From: Squalus acanthias
Taxonomy: Eukaryota
Length of the DNA stretch: 64,000 nt
Direction of reading: 5' to 3'
Assembly (NCBI GenBank): GCA_030390025.1
Contig: JASTWF010000048.1
Span: forward strand, 806,001-870,000
The translations under genes were made by a program, and so were the position numbers. The notes under the pieces are model-generated. The model did no database searches. It saw nothing but the letters and a program-made list of their open reading frames with translations, and had not been told where the DNA came from. This document shows positions 10,421 to 22,990 of the stretch, piece by piece. Numbering within the stretch: the stretch's first letter is position 1; each line of letters begins with the position of its first letter.

Positions 10421-11466
10421 TAGGCACTTTACAGACATGTTTGTCACTGAGACACCTGCCTCCTGACGGCTGTGTCGGAATCTGTTGAAAAGCGTTAACA
10501 TACTTCTCTATCACACTCCAGGGGCCTTTTGATGTGTTTTTCAAAGAATCTAGGAGTTCAACCCAGCGAATTATGCAACCTTTTAATTCCCCTTTAGCAC
10601 ATGTGAACAGAGACATGAAACAAGAGAGCACTTTGACCAAACAATGTTCTTCGTTTTATAGAAACTTAGAATGGTACAGCACAGGAGGAGGCCATTCGGC
10701 CCATCATGCCTGTGCCGGTTCTTTGGAAGTGCAATCCAATTAGTCCCACATGGCCCCCATCAAATACCTCTTCTTCTCATATCCTTCCATTACTTTCTTA
10801 CTCAAGTAATTATCTAGCTTCCACTTAAATGCTTCTATGCATTTGTCTCAACTATTTCACACAGCAAGTTCCACATTCTCAGCACTCTCTGGGCAGCGAG
10901 ATTTCTCCTGAATTCCCTGTTGGATTTATTAGTGACAATCTTAATGTTTATAAATCCCACTATTGGTCTCCAAGTATCCAATTCCTCCCAATAATGCTCT
11001 TTCTACATTGCTCTGCAGTTTTCCCCTTTCAAGTATTTATCCAATTCCCTTTTGAACGCAACTATTGAATCTGCTTTCACCGCCCTTTGAGACACTGCAT
11101 TGAAGATCATAAGTACTTGACTAGTTCCTGATCTACCCACCGGCTCTTTTACCAGTTACATTCAATCCGTGTTCACTGGATACTGATTGTCCTGCCACTG
11201 GAAACGGTGTCTGACCAGCCATTCTATCAAATCCCTCTGAACACCTCTATTAAATTTCTCCTTAACTTCCTCTGCTCCAAGGAGAACAATCCCAACTTCT
11301 TTAGTCTCTCTGCATTACCGAACTCCCACATCCTTGTTATTATTCAGTGTCGACATAAAAAACCAGGTTCCACAATGATCATTGTCTCACTTTGATGGTG
11401 CCACTAATCCCACCTAAGTCAAAGTAACAAACATACACTGTTCGTTGTAGAATATTGTATTGTATT

Positions 11467-11815
11467 GTCAGCCGTGGCTCAGTTGGTAGCTCTCTCGCAG
11501 CTGAGATAGATGATTGTGAGTTTGAGTCCTACTCCAGAGACTTGAGCGCATAATTAAGGCTGACACTCCAGTGCAGTAGTGAGCGACTGCTGTTCTGTTG
11601 GAAGGGCTGTATTGCAGGGGTTCGGCACTGTTGGATGGGCAGTACTTACGGAGTGCTGAACCGTCGAAGAGACAGTACTGTCGGAGTGTTGCACTGCCAG
11701 AGGTGCAATACTGAGTGAGTGCTGCACACTTGAAAAAGAACCTCATTGGTTGTAATGCACTTGGGAACGTTGTGAGGTCATGAGAGGCGCGATAGAAATG
11801 CAAGTCTTTTACTTT
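11467..11815 (+). mobile_element. tRNA-derived SINE with internal ~33-bp repeats, upstream of the V3 promoter
   Basis: GTCAGCCGTGGCTCAGTTGGTAGC head and AATGCAAGTCTTT tail; paralogous copies at ~24759-25035, 35529-36125 and 48303-48900. Confidence 0.7.
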
Positions 11816-11927
11816 TAATTAAGGCAACATCCGGTTCTGACCTTGAATGTGGCTTTTGCTTAATGACGAACGTCACTTTCTCTGTCAGTCCTCAGTTGGT
11901 GGATTATATCGTCGATTGCTCTCAGCC

Positions 11928-12724
11928 ATGCGTTTAAATTTGCTGGTCTTGGCTCTTTTATTTCTGGCGTCGAGTAAGATAATGCTGAATAATTACAAGT
12001 GATGTACTCCTATCATCCATTCATAAAAATATTAACTAAGCTATATTGTGGTATTCGAGCATATTATTACTGAGCAGTTATATATGAACAATCAAATATT
12101 AAAAATCGATAGTTTATGTTAAACTGGAGACTGTTTGCCTCTAAGGCAGTTAATGTTCTTTTAGTTGTGCAAATATTGATTGATACATTGATGTTCTCAT
12201 TATAATTTAAGTCTGCAAATCCTTTACTTTCTTCTCTAACTTCAAGTTAGTCGCCAATCTATTGTTACTTTGCCGATAACTCCAGATATAACGGGGTAGA
12301 TTTTACTGCCGTAGAACTAGCGTTGCGAATCGGCGGCTCCACATCCTTGGTTTAACGCCCGGGCTTAATTTGACAATCCAAATAAATTTCTCAATTTCAT
12401 TCGATGTTTTTTCAGAACGTACGCTGGCGGATGTGATCCATCAGTGGCCGCCTTCGATTACTGTTGCTCAGGGAGGAGAGGCCGAGTTAAATTGTTATCA
12501 GAATGGAACAGACCGCGCTGACATGCTGTGGTATCGGCAATCCGCTGGACAAGGATTCACGTACATCGGGTATATATTTAGGGGCAGCAAAGCTGTATAT
12601 GAAGAGGATTTCAAAACCGGATTTGAAATCACAAGAACAATGAACGATAAGATGTCCAGCCTGAAGATCCACAGCGTTAAACCCACAGACGCGGCGCAGT
12701 ATTACTGTGCAGCTAGTGATGTTG
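11928..12724 (+). CDS. TRBV: TCR beta-like V segment V3 (family A), apparently functional. Leader 11928-11973, V exon 12416-12724, 23-RSS 12725-12763
   Basis: MRLNLLVLALLFLAS|GTAAGA; VIHQWP..LNC..WYRQ..YYCAASDV; CACAGTG-23-ACAAAAACT. Confidence 0.92.
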
Positions 12725-13201
12725 CACAGTGCTACAGACTGATCGGGTGCTCTGACAAAAACTGCCACAGAGAAACGTGTGGTTCTCCTGTTGCCTCAAA
12801 CAGCTTGTTACTTTCAATCTCCCGCTCGGTGACGCGTGACAATAAATTGAGAAAAAACGAGAGTGACGGTATTTTCAGCGAAGCCTAAGCGGACGAATGG
12901 GAAGAAGATGGAAAGAAAGAAGAGAGAAAGAAAGAAATAAAGCAAGAAATACAGAAAAAAAGGAATAAAGAAAGAAATGAAAGGGGGAAGTAGATAATGA
13001 AAAGATAGAAAGAAGTAAAGAGAAAAATAATTAAAGTAACAAAAATAGAAATAAAAAAGGTGGACAAATTAAAGATCCGGAGTGAGGTATTTGCCATGAC
13101 CTAACTTCCGCTTATGACGTTCTATTTTGCATGCATTAATCTGCGTCTCTCCCTCAAAGACAGAACAACCAGTGGAATGTGTCCTAGATCCCCCCGGAAA
13201 G

Positions 13202-13502
13202 ATGCGATTCCATTACATCTTCTTTGCTTTTTTCTTTCTGGCGTTAAGTATGTTAAATGCATTCGCAATCACGGATATATGCTTGTACAACTAAAAAGGA
13301 TAGGTAATGATCTAAATAATGCAAGTCGTTAATGTCACTGCGGTGAAATTCTATTCAAGCAAACAATTATTTATTATAATATATTTGACTGTTTAATCTG
13401 TTAATTTTTGAACTTTATGTGTCACGAATATTAGTTTAAACTTTTAATAGTTGCGGACATATCCAAATTTGTAGATTTCGCCGTTCCACTTTAGAAAAAG
13501 CC
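13202..13502 (+). pseudogene. Orphan family-B leader (13202-13247, intact GT donor) whose V exon has been deleted
   Basis: MRFHYIFFAFFFLAL|GTATGT; intron sequence joins directly to a nonamer remnant GAAAAAGCC (13494-13502) and post-RSS sequence homologous to 27151-27200. Confidence 0.8.
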
Positions 13503-13621
13503 TGACACGTGTTGGACTCAACCTCGGGTAAATTTACCGAGCAGTGAGAGAACAGCGCCCCGTGCATAGTTCTGGTGTCTATATACCTTGGTTAGATCAC
13601 ACTTGAACTACCGTGCACTGT

Positions 13622-16600
13622 TCTTTTATTCTATTCGTTCCTGGGATGTGGGCATTATTGGCAAGGCCAACATTTGTTGCACAACGCTAGTTGCCCTTGA
13701 GAATTTGGTTGCTTACCGCCTTCTTGAACCGCTGCAGTCCGTGTGGTGAAGGTACTCCCACAGTGCTGTTAGGGAGGGACTTCCAAGATTTTGACCCAGC
13801 GACGATGAGGGATCGGCGACATACTTCAAAGTCAGGATGGTGTGTGTGACTTGGAGGGGTACTTGGAGGTGGTGGTGTTCCCATGTGCCTGCTGCCCTTG
13901 TCCTTAGAGGTGGTAGAGGTCGCGGGTTTGGGAGGTGCTGCCGAAGAAGCCTTGGCGAGTTGCTGCATTGCATCTTGTAGATGGTTCACACTGCAGCCAC
14001 GGTGCGCCGGTGGTGGAGAGAGTGAATGTTTAAGGTGGTGATTGGGGTGCCAATCAAGAGGGCTGCTTTGTCATGATTGGTGTCGAGCTTCTTGAATATT
14101 GTTGCAGCTGCACTCATCCAGGCAACCGGAGAGCGGTTCATCAGAGTCCTGGCTTCTGCCTTGTTGATGGTGGAAATGATTTCAGGAGTCAGGAGGTGAG
14201 ACATTCGGCGCAGCATACCCAGCCTTTGATCTGATCTTGTAGCCGCACTGGTCCAGTTGAGTTTTTGTGTATTGGTGCCCCCAAGATGTTGATGTTGCGG
14301 GTTTCTGTGACGGTAACGCCGTTGAATGTCAAGGAGTGGTAGTTAGCCTCTCCTTGTTGGAGATGGTCATTGCCTGGCACTTGTGTGGCTCGAATGTTAC
14401 CTGCCACTTATCAAGGACAAGTGACCATAATATGATTGAATTTTACGTTAAATTTGAGTGTAATGTAGTCCAATCTGAAACTAAGTTCCTCAAACTAAAC
14501 AGAGGAAACTACAAGTGTATGAGGGACAAGTTGGCCATTGTAGATTGGGAGACTACACTAAAAGGTTTGAAGGTGGAAATACAGTGGCTAACATTCAAGG
14601 AAATAATGCACAATTTGCAACAAACATATATATCTCTAGGGCATAAAAACCCAAAAGGCAAAGTGATCCAAACAAGTCTAACAAAATAAATTAAAGCTAG
14701 TATTATGTCAAAGGAGGATGCTTATAAAGTTGCCAGAAAAAGCAATCAGCCTGAGGATTGGTATCTTTTTAGATATCAGCAAAGGGGGACCAATAAATTG
14801 ATAAAGCAAGGGGAAATGCAATATCAGCATTAACTAGTAAATAATATAAAAACGGATTGTAAAACTTTCTATAGTTCTGTGAGAAGGAAAAGACTGGCGA
14901 AGCTAAATGTAGGTCCGTTACGATCAGAGACGGATGCATTTATAATGGGGAATGAGGAAAAGTCTGAGAAATTAAATACATACTTTGTTTCTGTCTTCAC
15001 GGAGGAAGACACAAAGAACCTCCCAGAAATACGAGAAAACCGAGGGTGTGGCGAGAATGAGGAACTTAAAGAAATTATTATTCGTAAAAAAACAGTACTA
15101 GCTAAATTAATGGGACTAAAATTCGATAAAACCCAAGGACCGGATGACCTACATCCTAGGGTTTTGAAAGAGATGGCCATTGGGATAGTGGACGCATTGG
15201 TTATCATCTTCCAAAATTATATAGATTCTGGAACGGTTCCTCCAGATTGGAGGATAGCAAATATAACCCCGCTATTTAAGAAAGCAGGGAGAGAGAAAAC
15301 GGGGAACTACAGACCTGTTATCCTCATACCAGTAGTTGGGAAAATGCTGGAATCTGTTATAAAAGATGCAATAACTGGACAGTTAGAAACTAATAGCAAG
15401 ATTGGGCAGAGTCAACATGGTTTTATGAAAGGGAAACCCTGTTTAACAAGCCTATTGGAGTTCCTGCGGATGTAACTAGTGAATTAGACAAAGGGGAGCC
15501 GGTAGATGTGGTGTATTTGGATTTTCAGAAAGCCTTCGATAAGGTCCCACCCAAGAGGTTGGTGAACAAAATTAGGGCACATGGAATTGGGAGTAATATA
15601 GTAGCATGGATTGAGATAATGGTTAACAGACAGAAAACAAAATGTAGGGATAACCGAGTCTCTTTCAGGATGGCAAGCTGTGACGAGTGGAGTACCGCAG
15701 GGATCGCTGCTTGGGTCACAGCTATTTACAATCTATATCAATGATTTGGATGAGGGGACTAAACGTAACATTTCCAAATTTGCTGATGATACAAACATAG
15801 GTGGCAGTGTCAGTTGTGAAGAGGATGTGAATAGGCTGCAAGGGGATCTCAACAGGCTCAGTGAGTGTGCGAGAACATGGCAGATGGAATATAACGTGAA
15901 TAAATGCGAATTTATCCACTTTGGTAGAAAAACCAGAAAGGCAGAGTATTTCCTAAATGTTGAAAGATTGGGGAATGCAGATGCTCAAAGGGACTTGGGT
16001 GTCCTTGTACACGAGTCTCTGAAAGTGAATGTGCAGGTGCAGCAAGCCATTAGGAATGCAAATGTTATGCTGGCGTTCATTACAAGAGGATTTGCGTACA
16101 GGAGTAAAGAAGTCTTGCTCCAATTATATAGGGCCTTGGTGAGACCACGCCTGTAGTATTGTGTGCAATTTTGCTCTCCTTACTTAAGGAACAATTTACT
16201 TGCCATAGAGGGAGTGCAACGAATGTTCACGAGATTGATTCCTGGGATGGCGGGACTGTCGTATGAGAAGAAATTGAGTAAACATGTCTGTATTCTCTTG
16301 AATTCAGAAGAATGAGAGGGGATCCCATTGAAGCATACAACATTATTACAGGGCTTGATAGGGTGGATGCTGGGAGAATGTTTTCCTTAGCTGGGGAATC
16401 TAGAACCAGGGGCCAAAGCCTCAGGATAAAGGGTAGGCCATTCAGGACTGAGATGAGAAGACATTTCTTCACACAGTGGGTGGTGAATCTTCGGAATTCT
16501 CTACCCCAGAGGGCTGTGGAGGCTCAGTCATTGGGTATATTCAAAACAGAAGTCGATAGATTTCTGACTAGTAAGGGCATCAAGGATTATGGCGATAGGG

Positions 16601-17030
16601 CCGGTGAATGGAGTTGAGGCAGAAGATCAGCTATGATCTCATTGAATTGCAGAGCAGGCTCGAAGGGCCGAATGGCCTACTCCTGTTCCTATTTTGCATG
16701 TTCTTATGTTCTTATGTTTCCATCAGCCCAGCCTAAATCTCGTCCAGGGCTTGCTGCATGCGGGCAAAGACTGCTTCACTATCTGCGGAGCTGCAATAGG
16801 AGTGAACACTGTACAAAAATCCCCACTTCTGGCCTTATGATGGAGGGAAGGTCAATGATGAAGCAGCTCCAGATGGTTGGGCCTAGGACAGTGCCCTGAG
16901 GAAATCCTACAGCGATGTCCTGGCGCTGAGTTGATTGTCATCCAAGAGTCACAACCTTCTTTCTTTGTACGAGTTTTGACTCCAGCCACTAGAGAGATTT
17001 ACCCCTGATCTTCATTTATTTTTCTAGTGC
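13622..17030 (-). mobile_element. LINE (second family, minus strand: 13622-14412 and 16720-17030) interrupted by a nested CR1
   Basis: The two flanks are collinear with the uninterrupted copy at 52160-53425. Confidence 0.75.
14413..16720 (+). mobile_element. CR1 LINE, 5'-truncated ORF2 (RT) with frameshifts and stops, plus 3'UTR
   Basis: NYRPV..QHGF, YLDFQKAFDKVP, GVPQGS, KFADD, FFTQWVVNL; (TTCTTATG)n tail. Confidence 0.92.
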
Positions 17031-17037
17031 TCCCGTT

Positions 17038-17520
17038 CCACATATACCGTGGTTAGACCGCACTTTGAAAACTGTGCACAGTTCTGGTCTCCATATAAAC
17101 CTTGGTTAGACTGCACTTTGAGTACTGGGTACAGTTCTGGTTTTCATGAACTTGGTTAGACGCAACCTGGAGTATTGTGCACAGTTGCGATCTCTATACA
17201 CCTTGGTTGGACCATAAATGGTGTACTGTGCACAGTTCTGGTCGCCGTATGCCGTGGCTAGACCACACTAGGACTACTATGCACGGTTCTGGTCTCCATA
17301 TACCTTGGTTAGATCACGCTTGGAGTATTCTGCACAGTTCTAGTCTTTATAAACCTTGAATAGACTACACTTGGCGTACTGTGTACATTTCTGTTCTCCA
17401 TATACCTTGCTTGGAGCACACTTAGAGTACTGTGCACATTCTGGTATCCATACACGTCCATTAGAATATTGTGCGCAGTTATGTTCTCCAAATGCCATGC
17501 TTGGACCACACCTTGTGTAC
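17038..17520 (+). repeat. Degenerate 51-bp CR1-derived minisatellite (starts at ~13560, interrupted by the LINE insertion)
   Basis: CCATATACCTTGGTTAGACCACACTTGGAG-type units. Confidence 0.8.
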
Positions 17521-18104
17521 TGGGTGACAAAAGTCTAAACAGTCTGCGTCTATTTTCTGTTGAAATGTAAAGCTGAGATGTCATCTGATAGAAGTCTTTA
17601 GGATAATGAGAGGTGTCGATAGGGTAGGCTTAGGAAAGATCATTACATTTGTGGCAGAGACTAAATCTATGGGCCATAGCATGGGATCGTCTCTAATAAA
17701 TCTAAAAAGTAATTTAGTAGAAACTTATTTGCAGAGTGAGTGTTGACAAAGTGGAACTTGATACCACATGGAGTAGTTGAGGCAAATAACATAAATGCAT
17801 TTAAGGGAGAGCTGGATAATCAAATGAGGTAAAATAACGAGAAGGTTATGCTGATAGGGAGAGCTGAAATAATTTTGTCGGAAGTCCGTGTGGAGCGTAA
17901 ACTCCGGCAGAGACCGGTTGGTCCGAATTACCCGATCGCTGCAGTACCGTCGATGTAATTGTATGTAACAAGCGTCAGCGTCTTCTCGAGTGCAGAAAAG
18001 AATTGGAAACAGGATCAATTTCCCGACACGACTTGAAAATGTCTAAGATATCTGTTGTACTGGGAAAGTCTCAAAACGCATTTGCTTATAGTTGTACGTT
18101 CTAG

Positions 18105-18118
18105 CCACTATGTGGCGC
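18105..18118 (+). promoter_or_regulatory. CTCF-like motif (degenerate copy)
   Basis: CCACTATGTGGCGC, paralog of 29447 with one core mismatch. Confidence 0.45.
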
Positions 18119-18317
18119 TGTATCTCCATTGTTTCATGAGCCACGACCTGCTTTGGTACAGAATGAGCAACGCCGGCGCAGATCTACGGCTCCCCTTCAG
18201 GTTCAACTCCACTGCTTCTGTAACACTTTCACTTTTCGACCATTTCGCACCAAAATGAAGTTACATATCCTCATGTCTGCTCTTTCATAGTGACGAGACA
18301 TGAGCAGCACCTGTTAC

Positions 18318-19809
18318 ATAGAAACATGGAAACATAGAAAATAGGTACAGGAGTAGACAATTCGGTCCTTCGAACCTGCACCGCCATTCAATGCGTTCAT
18401 GGCTGAACATGCTACCTCAGTACCCCATTCCTGCTTTCTCGCCATACCCCTTGATCCCCTTAGTTGTGAGTGTTATATCTAACTCCCTTTTGAATATATT
18501 TAGCGAACTGGCCTCAACAACCTTCTGTGGAAGAGAATTCCATAGATTCACCACTCTCTGGGTGAAGAAGTTCCTCCTCAGCTCAGTCCTAAATGGCTTC
18601 CCCTTAATCCTTAGACTGTGACTCCTGGTTCTAGTTTTCCCTACCATTGGGAACATTCTGCCCGCATCTAATTTGTCTAAACCAGTCAGGATTTTAAATG
18701 TCTCTATAAGATCCCCCCTCATTCTTCTGAACTCCAGAGGATACAAGTTCAGTTGACCCAATCTTTCTTGATATGTCAGTCCGGCCATCCCAGGAATCAA
18801 TCTAGTGAACCTTCGCTGCACTCCCTCAATAGCAAGAATGTCCTTCCTTAAGTTAGGAGACCAAAACTGCGCACAATACTCCAGGTGTGGCCTCACCAAG
18901 GCCCTGTACAACTGTAGCATCACCTCCCTACTCCTGTACTCAAATCCCCTTGCTATGAAGGCCATCATTCCGTTTGCTTTCTTGACTGCCTGCTGCACTT
19001 GCATTCCCACCTTCAGTGACTGATGTACCATGACGCCCAGGTCTCGTTGCACGTCCCCTTTCCCTAATCTGCCACCATTCAGGTAATAGTCCGCCTCTCT
19101 ATTTTTACCACCAAAGTGGATAACCTCACATTTATCCACATTGTACTTCATCTGCCATACATTTGCCCATTCACCCAACCTGTCCAAGTCACTCTGTAGC
19201 CTCCTAGCATCCTCCTCATTGTTCACACTGCCTCCCAATTTAGTGTCATCCGCAAATTTGGAGATATTACATTTAATCCCTTCGTCCAAATCATTAATAT
19301 ATAATGTAAACAGCTGGGGTCCCAGCACCGAACCCTGCGGTACCCCGCTGGTCACTGCCTGTCTTTCTGAAAAGTACCCATTTACTCCTACTCTTTGTTT
19401 CCTGTGTGCCAACCAGTTCTCAATCCACGTCAACACATTACCCCCAATCCCATGTGCTTTAACTTTGCTCACCAATCTCTTGTGTGGGACCTTGTCGAAG
19501 GCCTTCTGAAAGTCCAAATACACCACATCTACTGGTTCCCCCCTGTCCACCCTATTGGAAACATCCTCAAAAAATTCCAGAAGATTTGTCAAGCATGATT
19601 TCCCTTTCACAAATCCATGCTGACTTGGACCTATCATGTCGCCACTTTCCAAATGGTCTGTTATGACATCTTTAATAATTGCTTCCATCATTTTACCCAC
19701 GACCGATGTCAGGCTGACCGGTCTATAATTCCCTGCTTTCTCCCTCCCTCCTTTTTTAAAAAGAGGGGTTACATTGGCCACCCTCCACTCCATCGGAACT
19801 GATCCAGAG
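18318..19809 (-). mobile_element. Young CR1 LINE, 5'-truncated, with an uninterrupted 458-aa RT/C-terminal ORF (18417-19793)
   Basis: Complete RT motifs; (CATAGAAA)n tail; TGTTAC duplicated at 18312-18317 and 19810-19815; empty site in the paralog near 29660. Confidence 0.93.
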
Positions 19810-20591
19810 TGTTACCAATTAATAAATACCGTATTTCTTTCACGGCATGTTTGATTTGCAACAGGACATAAACTGCACATTGTGATTAATTAAATAAGAA
19901 AGACAGGAAGGAAACGAAGAGGGAGCAAAAGAAGCCAAAGAGTTAACGATAAAGGTGAGAAAGTAAAAAGCGAAATGGAAAGAAAGCAGCAAAGAAAGAT
20001 AGTCCAGAAGGCAAAGAGAATGTGAGAGATTTAAAGAGAGAGAAAGAAAGAGAGCGAGAGAAAGTTAGTTCTGCACCACGTCCTTCATCATCAAAATCAG
20101 ATGGCTAATTATCTGGCCGAATATTATTTGTTTCCTGTCAATTGTGTTTAGTTGTTGTAGGAGCGATTCCAACAGTTTGACGGAACATCCGGCTCTGACA
20201 CGCAGCCAATCAAACTGAAGCCGATTTATACTGAACTGGAACTGTTTGCAAAACCAGCAGCCACCTGATTACAACTTCCACCACGATGCGTTTCAAATTT
20301 CTCCAACATACTGCTCATTCATTATTGGTGCCGTGTCAGAATGGATGTGAGATACAAACTTCTCACAGTATTGTACGGTTTGCTGTCATTTAAAAAAATT
20401 GAAAAACAGTTTTTCCAGCCTTGGCTGTATACTGGTTTCGAAATCTGGGCAACCCACCTTAGGAAGGGTTTCAAGGCCAATAAAGGGCTTGCAGAGGATG
20501 TTTACCAGAATGGTACCAAGGGTGAGAGAGCTCAGTAATTTGGAGAGAGCAGAGAAGCTGGGAGGAGGCGGCGTTGGGCGGGAGGTACCAG

Positions 20592-20653
20592 CAGCTGTCA
20601 ATCAGACCGTAAGGGGGCGGATCTCGAGGTGAGCGGGGAGCAGCTGTCAATCA
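20592..20653 (+). promoter_or_regulatory. Family-C promoter with paired CAGCTGTCAATCA (E-box overlapping a PBX/PREP-MEIS decamer) flanking a GC box
   Basis: Copies at 20592 and 20641; the proximal copy recurs, sometimes as a variant, at ~30490, 43522, 55688 and 62586. Confidence 0.5.
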
Positions 20654-20751
20654 AACTGAACTGCAGCGCCATAAAGCCGCTACGAGGCCGCTGGCAGCGC
20701 ACATTCTTGCACGATTCTAACTCGTTTCACTTCTGCAGACTGTTAAAGGAA

Positions 20752-21182
20752 ATGCATTTCACCTGGTGTTTGTTGTCTGCGGTACTGTTGCAGAGTATGT
20801 CTCTCTCTTAAGTACTTGGGCGGAGTTTAGCTCCCAATGTCAGCGAGCACTTTGTTTTAACCGACTTATTTTCCTCCTATCTATAGGTGCAGCGAGCGGC
20901 AAAGTACAGCAAAGTCCATTTGTAATCTCCGATTCCCTGTACTCCCCGTTGCGGATCCGCTGTTCTGCGGAGAGCACCTTCAGCTCAGAGTTTTCCTGGT
21001 ACCGCCAGCTCCCAGACGGAGAGCTCTTGCTGCTCTTCTACTCTCGCAACGCCGAAAGCATCGAGCCGGCGGGAGAGCTGGACGGCTTCAACGCCTCTAG
21101 ACTCGACCACTCCACCTTCCACCTGCAAACGGCCCGCCTGCGAGCGAACCACTCGGGGGTGTACTACTGCAGCTGGAGTCCT
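20752..21182 (+). CDS. TRBV: TCR beta-like V segment V4 (family C, TRBV30-like), apparently functional. Leader 20752-20794, V exon 20887-21182, 23-RSS 21183-21221
   Basis: MHFTWCLLSAVLLQ|GTATGT; 92-nt intron; SPLRIRC..WYRQ..LLFYS..SGVYYCSWSP; CACAGTG-23-ACAAAAACC. Confidence 0.92.
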
Positions 21183-21856
21183 CACAGTGACACAAGGAGC
21201 CTGGACGGTGCAACAAAAACCCGGTGCAGCAGTGAACGGGGCTCAGGATCGAACCAGTCGCTGCTTTGTTGGGTGTGGAGTCAACGCACAGGGTGCATGA
21301 GAAATGACAGCAGGGGTTAGATAGAGGAACAGCACGGATAAGATACAGGATCAGCACGGATAAGATACAGGGACTGCACGGAATAGATAGAGAGTAAAGC
21401 CCATCATTCACTGTTTAAATACAAAGTAAAACCCATCACTCACTCGTTAGATACGGAGTGAAGACCATCGCTCACAAGTTAGAGAAAGTGTAAAGCCTCT
21501 CACCCACTGGTTAGATATATAATGAGTCAGACAGACACGATAACTCCCCTTTCCTCACTCGCTCACCATCACTGCCATCTCAGATGAAGCCTCCGTGTTG
21601 TTGCAGTTTTAAAGGACGCCAGACCCGTCCATCAAAGAGATGAGACAGACCGCTGATGATCCGTGGTCATAAGCCACGCCCCGGAAATGGGAGCCAATGA
21701 GCAATTAAAGCGAGATTCGCCCCACCTATCTTAACATTCAACATTGAAAAGGATGGGACTTTAAATACTACTCAGTGGCCAGACCATTGAGATATTCTCC
21801 AATAAAACGGCTCAGGGACATCACAAATAAACATTCGGATCTGTCTCGCTCCACAG

Positions 21857-22756
21857 ATGGCTGTTTCTCAGCTGTGGGTTATGTTGTTGGTGTTAACGGG
21901 TAAAAATGATCTGGGCGATCCTCACTATTATTTCCACCTGTGTCCCCTTTGGGATTAACCCACTCCTTGGCACTTTCAATGCGAGTGTTCGTGTAGATTC
22001 TCTGTCACTCGGTTTACATGTACTTCCCCCTGTCTCTCTGTCTGTCTCTCTTCCTCACTCTGTCTCTCTATTTATCTTAATCTTTCTGTTTCTCACTCTC
22101 TGCCTGTCTCTGTCACTCTTCGGCTCCCTCTTCCCCTCACTCGTTTCCATTCCTCTCTCTCTCTCTCTGCTTGTACACCTTCACGCTGATTGGTTTTATC
22201 TCTATCGCTCTGCTTCTGTCTGTCTGTATCTTTCTCTCTCCATTTCTCTCTCTGTATCTCTCTTTCTCACGCTCTTTCTCTGTCCCCCTCTGTATCACTG
22301 CGAATATCTCTGAAGGTCCCAAACCTCTCTCGCTCTCCCTCTTGCGCCTCCTCATGACGGGTGTTGATATATACATTGTCCCTGAGTTTACCTCTATCAC
22401 TCTCACTCTTTTTTACAGATGCGAGAGCCGTGCTGATACAACAGACTCCCGCTTCCATATCCAAATCCCCGGGCACTCCGCTTAGCATCGAGTGGCTTTA
22501 CACAGAAGCAGCAGCTGGCTCCGTTTTCTACTAGTACCGGTGGCATCCTGACCGGGAGCCTCAGAACCTTTTCTATTCTAACGTCCCCGAAACGGTGACT
22601 CCCTCCGGTCAGGTGAACGGTTTCACCGCCAGGAGACACGACCATACCCACTTCTACCTGGAGTCCACCAGTCTGTGTGCGAATCAGTCGGCCGTGTATT
22701 ACTTCGCCTGGAGTCTGCACAGTGACTCAGAGAGATGGAGGAGCTCAACAAAAACC
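21857..22756 (+). pseudogene. TRBV: TRBV pseudogene V5 (family D). Leader 21857-21899, V exon 22419-22717, perfect RSS 22718-22756
   Basis: First Cys to TGG (22493), conserved Trp to TAG (22532), second Cys to TTC (22703); CACAGTG-23-ACAAAAACC. Confidence 0.9.
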
Positions 22757-22789
22757 CCAAATTGGGCAGGAAATAACCGTGTGAGATAG

Positions 22790-22838
22790 ATCTGTCTGTC
22801 TGTCTGTGCGTCTGTCTGTATGTCTCTCTTTCTGTCTG

Positions 22839-22900
<62 letters not shown>

Positions 22901-22990
22901 GATCTATCTAGCTGGCAACGATCTATCTATGCATAGCTCATCTATCTATCTAAATAACTATCTATATACCAGCTGTCTATCGATCTAGTA
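22790..22990. repeat. (TCTG)n/(CTAT)n microsatellite 3' of the family-D V
   Basis: Pure CTAT run at ~22840-22900; paralogous positions are N gaps at 32703 and 45736. Confidence 0.9.

Noticed and set aside
11467-11540. tRNA-like sequences (also 2480-2546, 35529 and 48303)
   Set aside because: These are SINE heads with A/B boxes continuing into SINE bodies; no complete cloverleaf.
21318-21520. Short degenerate 22-31 bp repeats (GATAGATACAGG..) after family-C RSSs
   Set aside because: Copy number varies between paralogs and no structure is evident beyond slippage repeats; no function can be supported.
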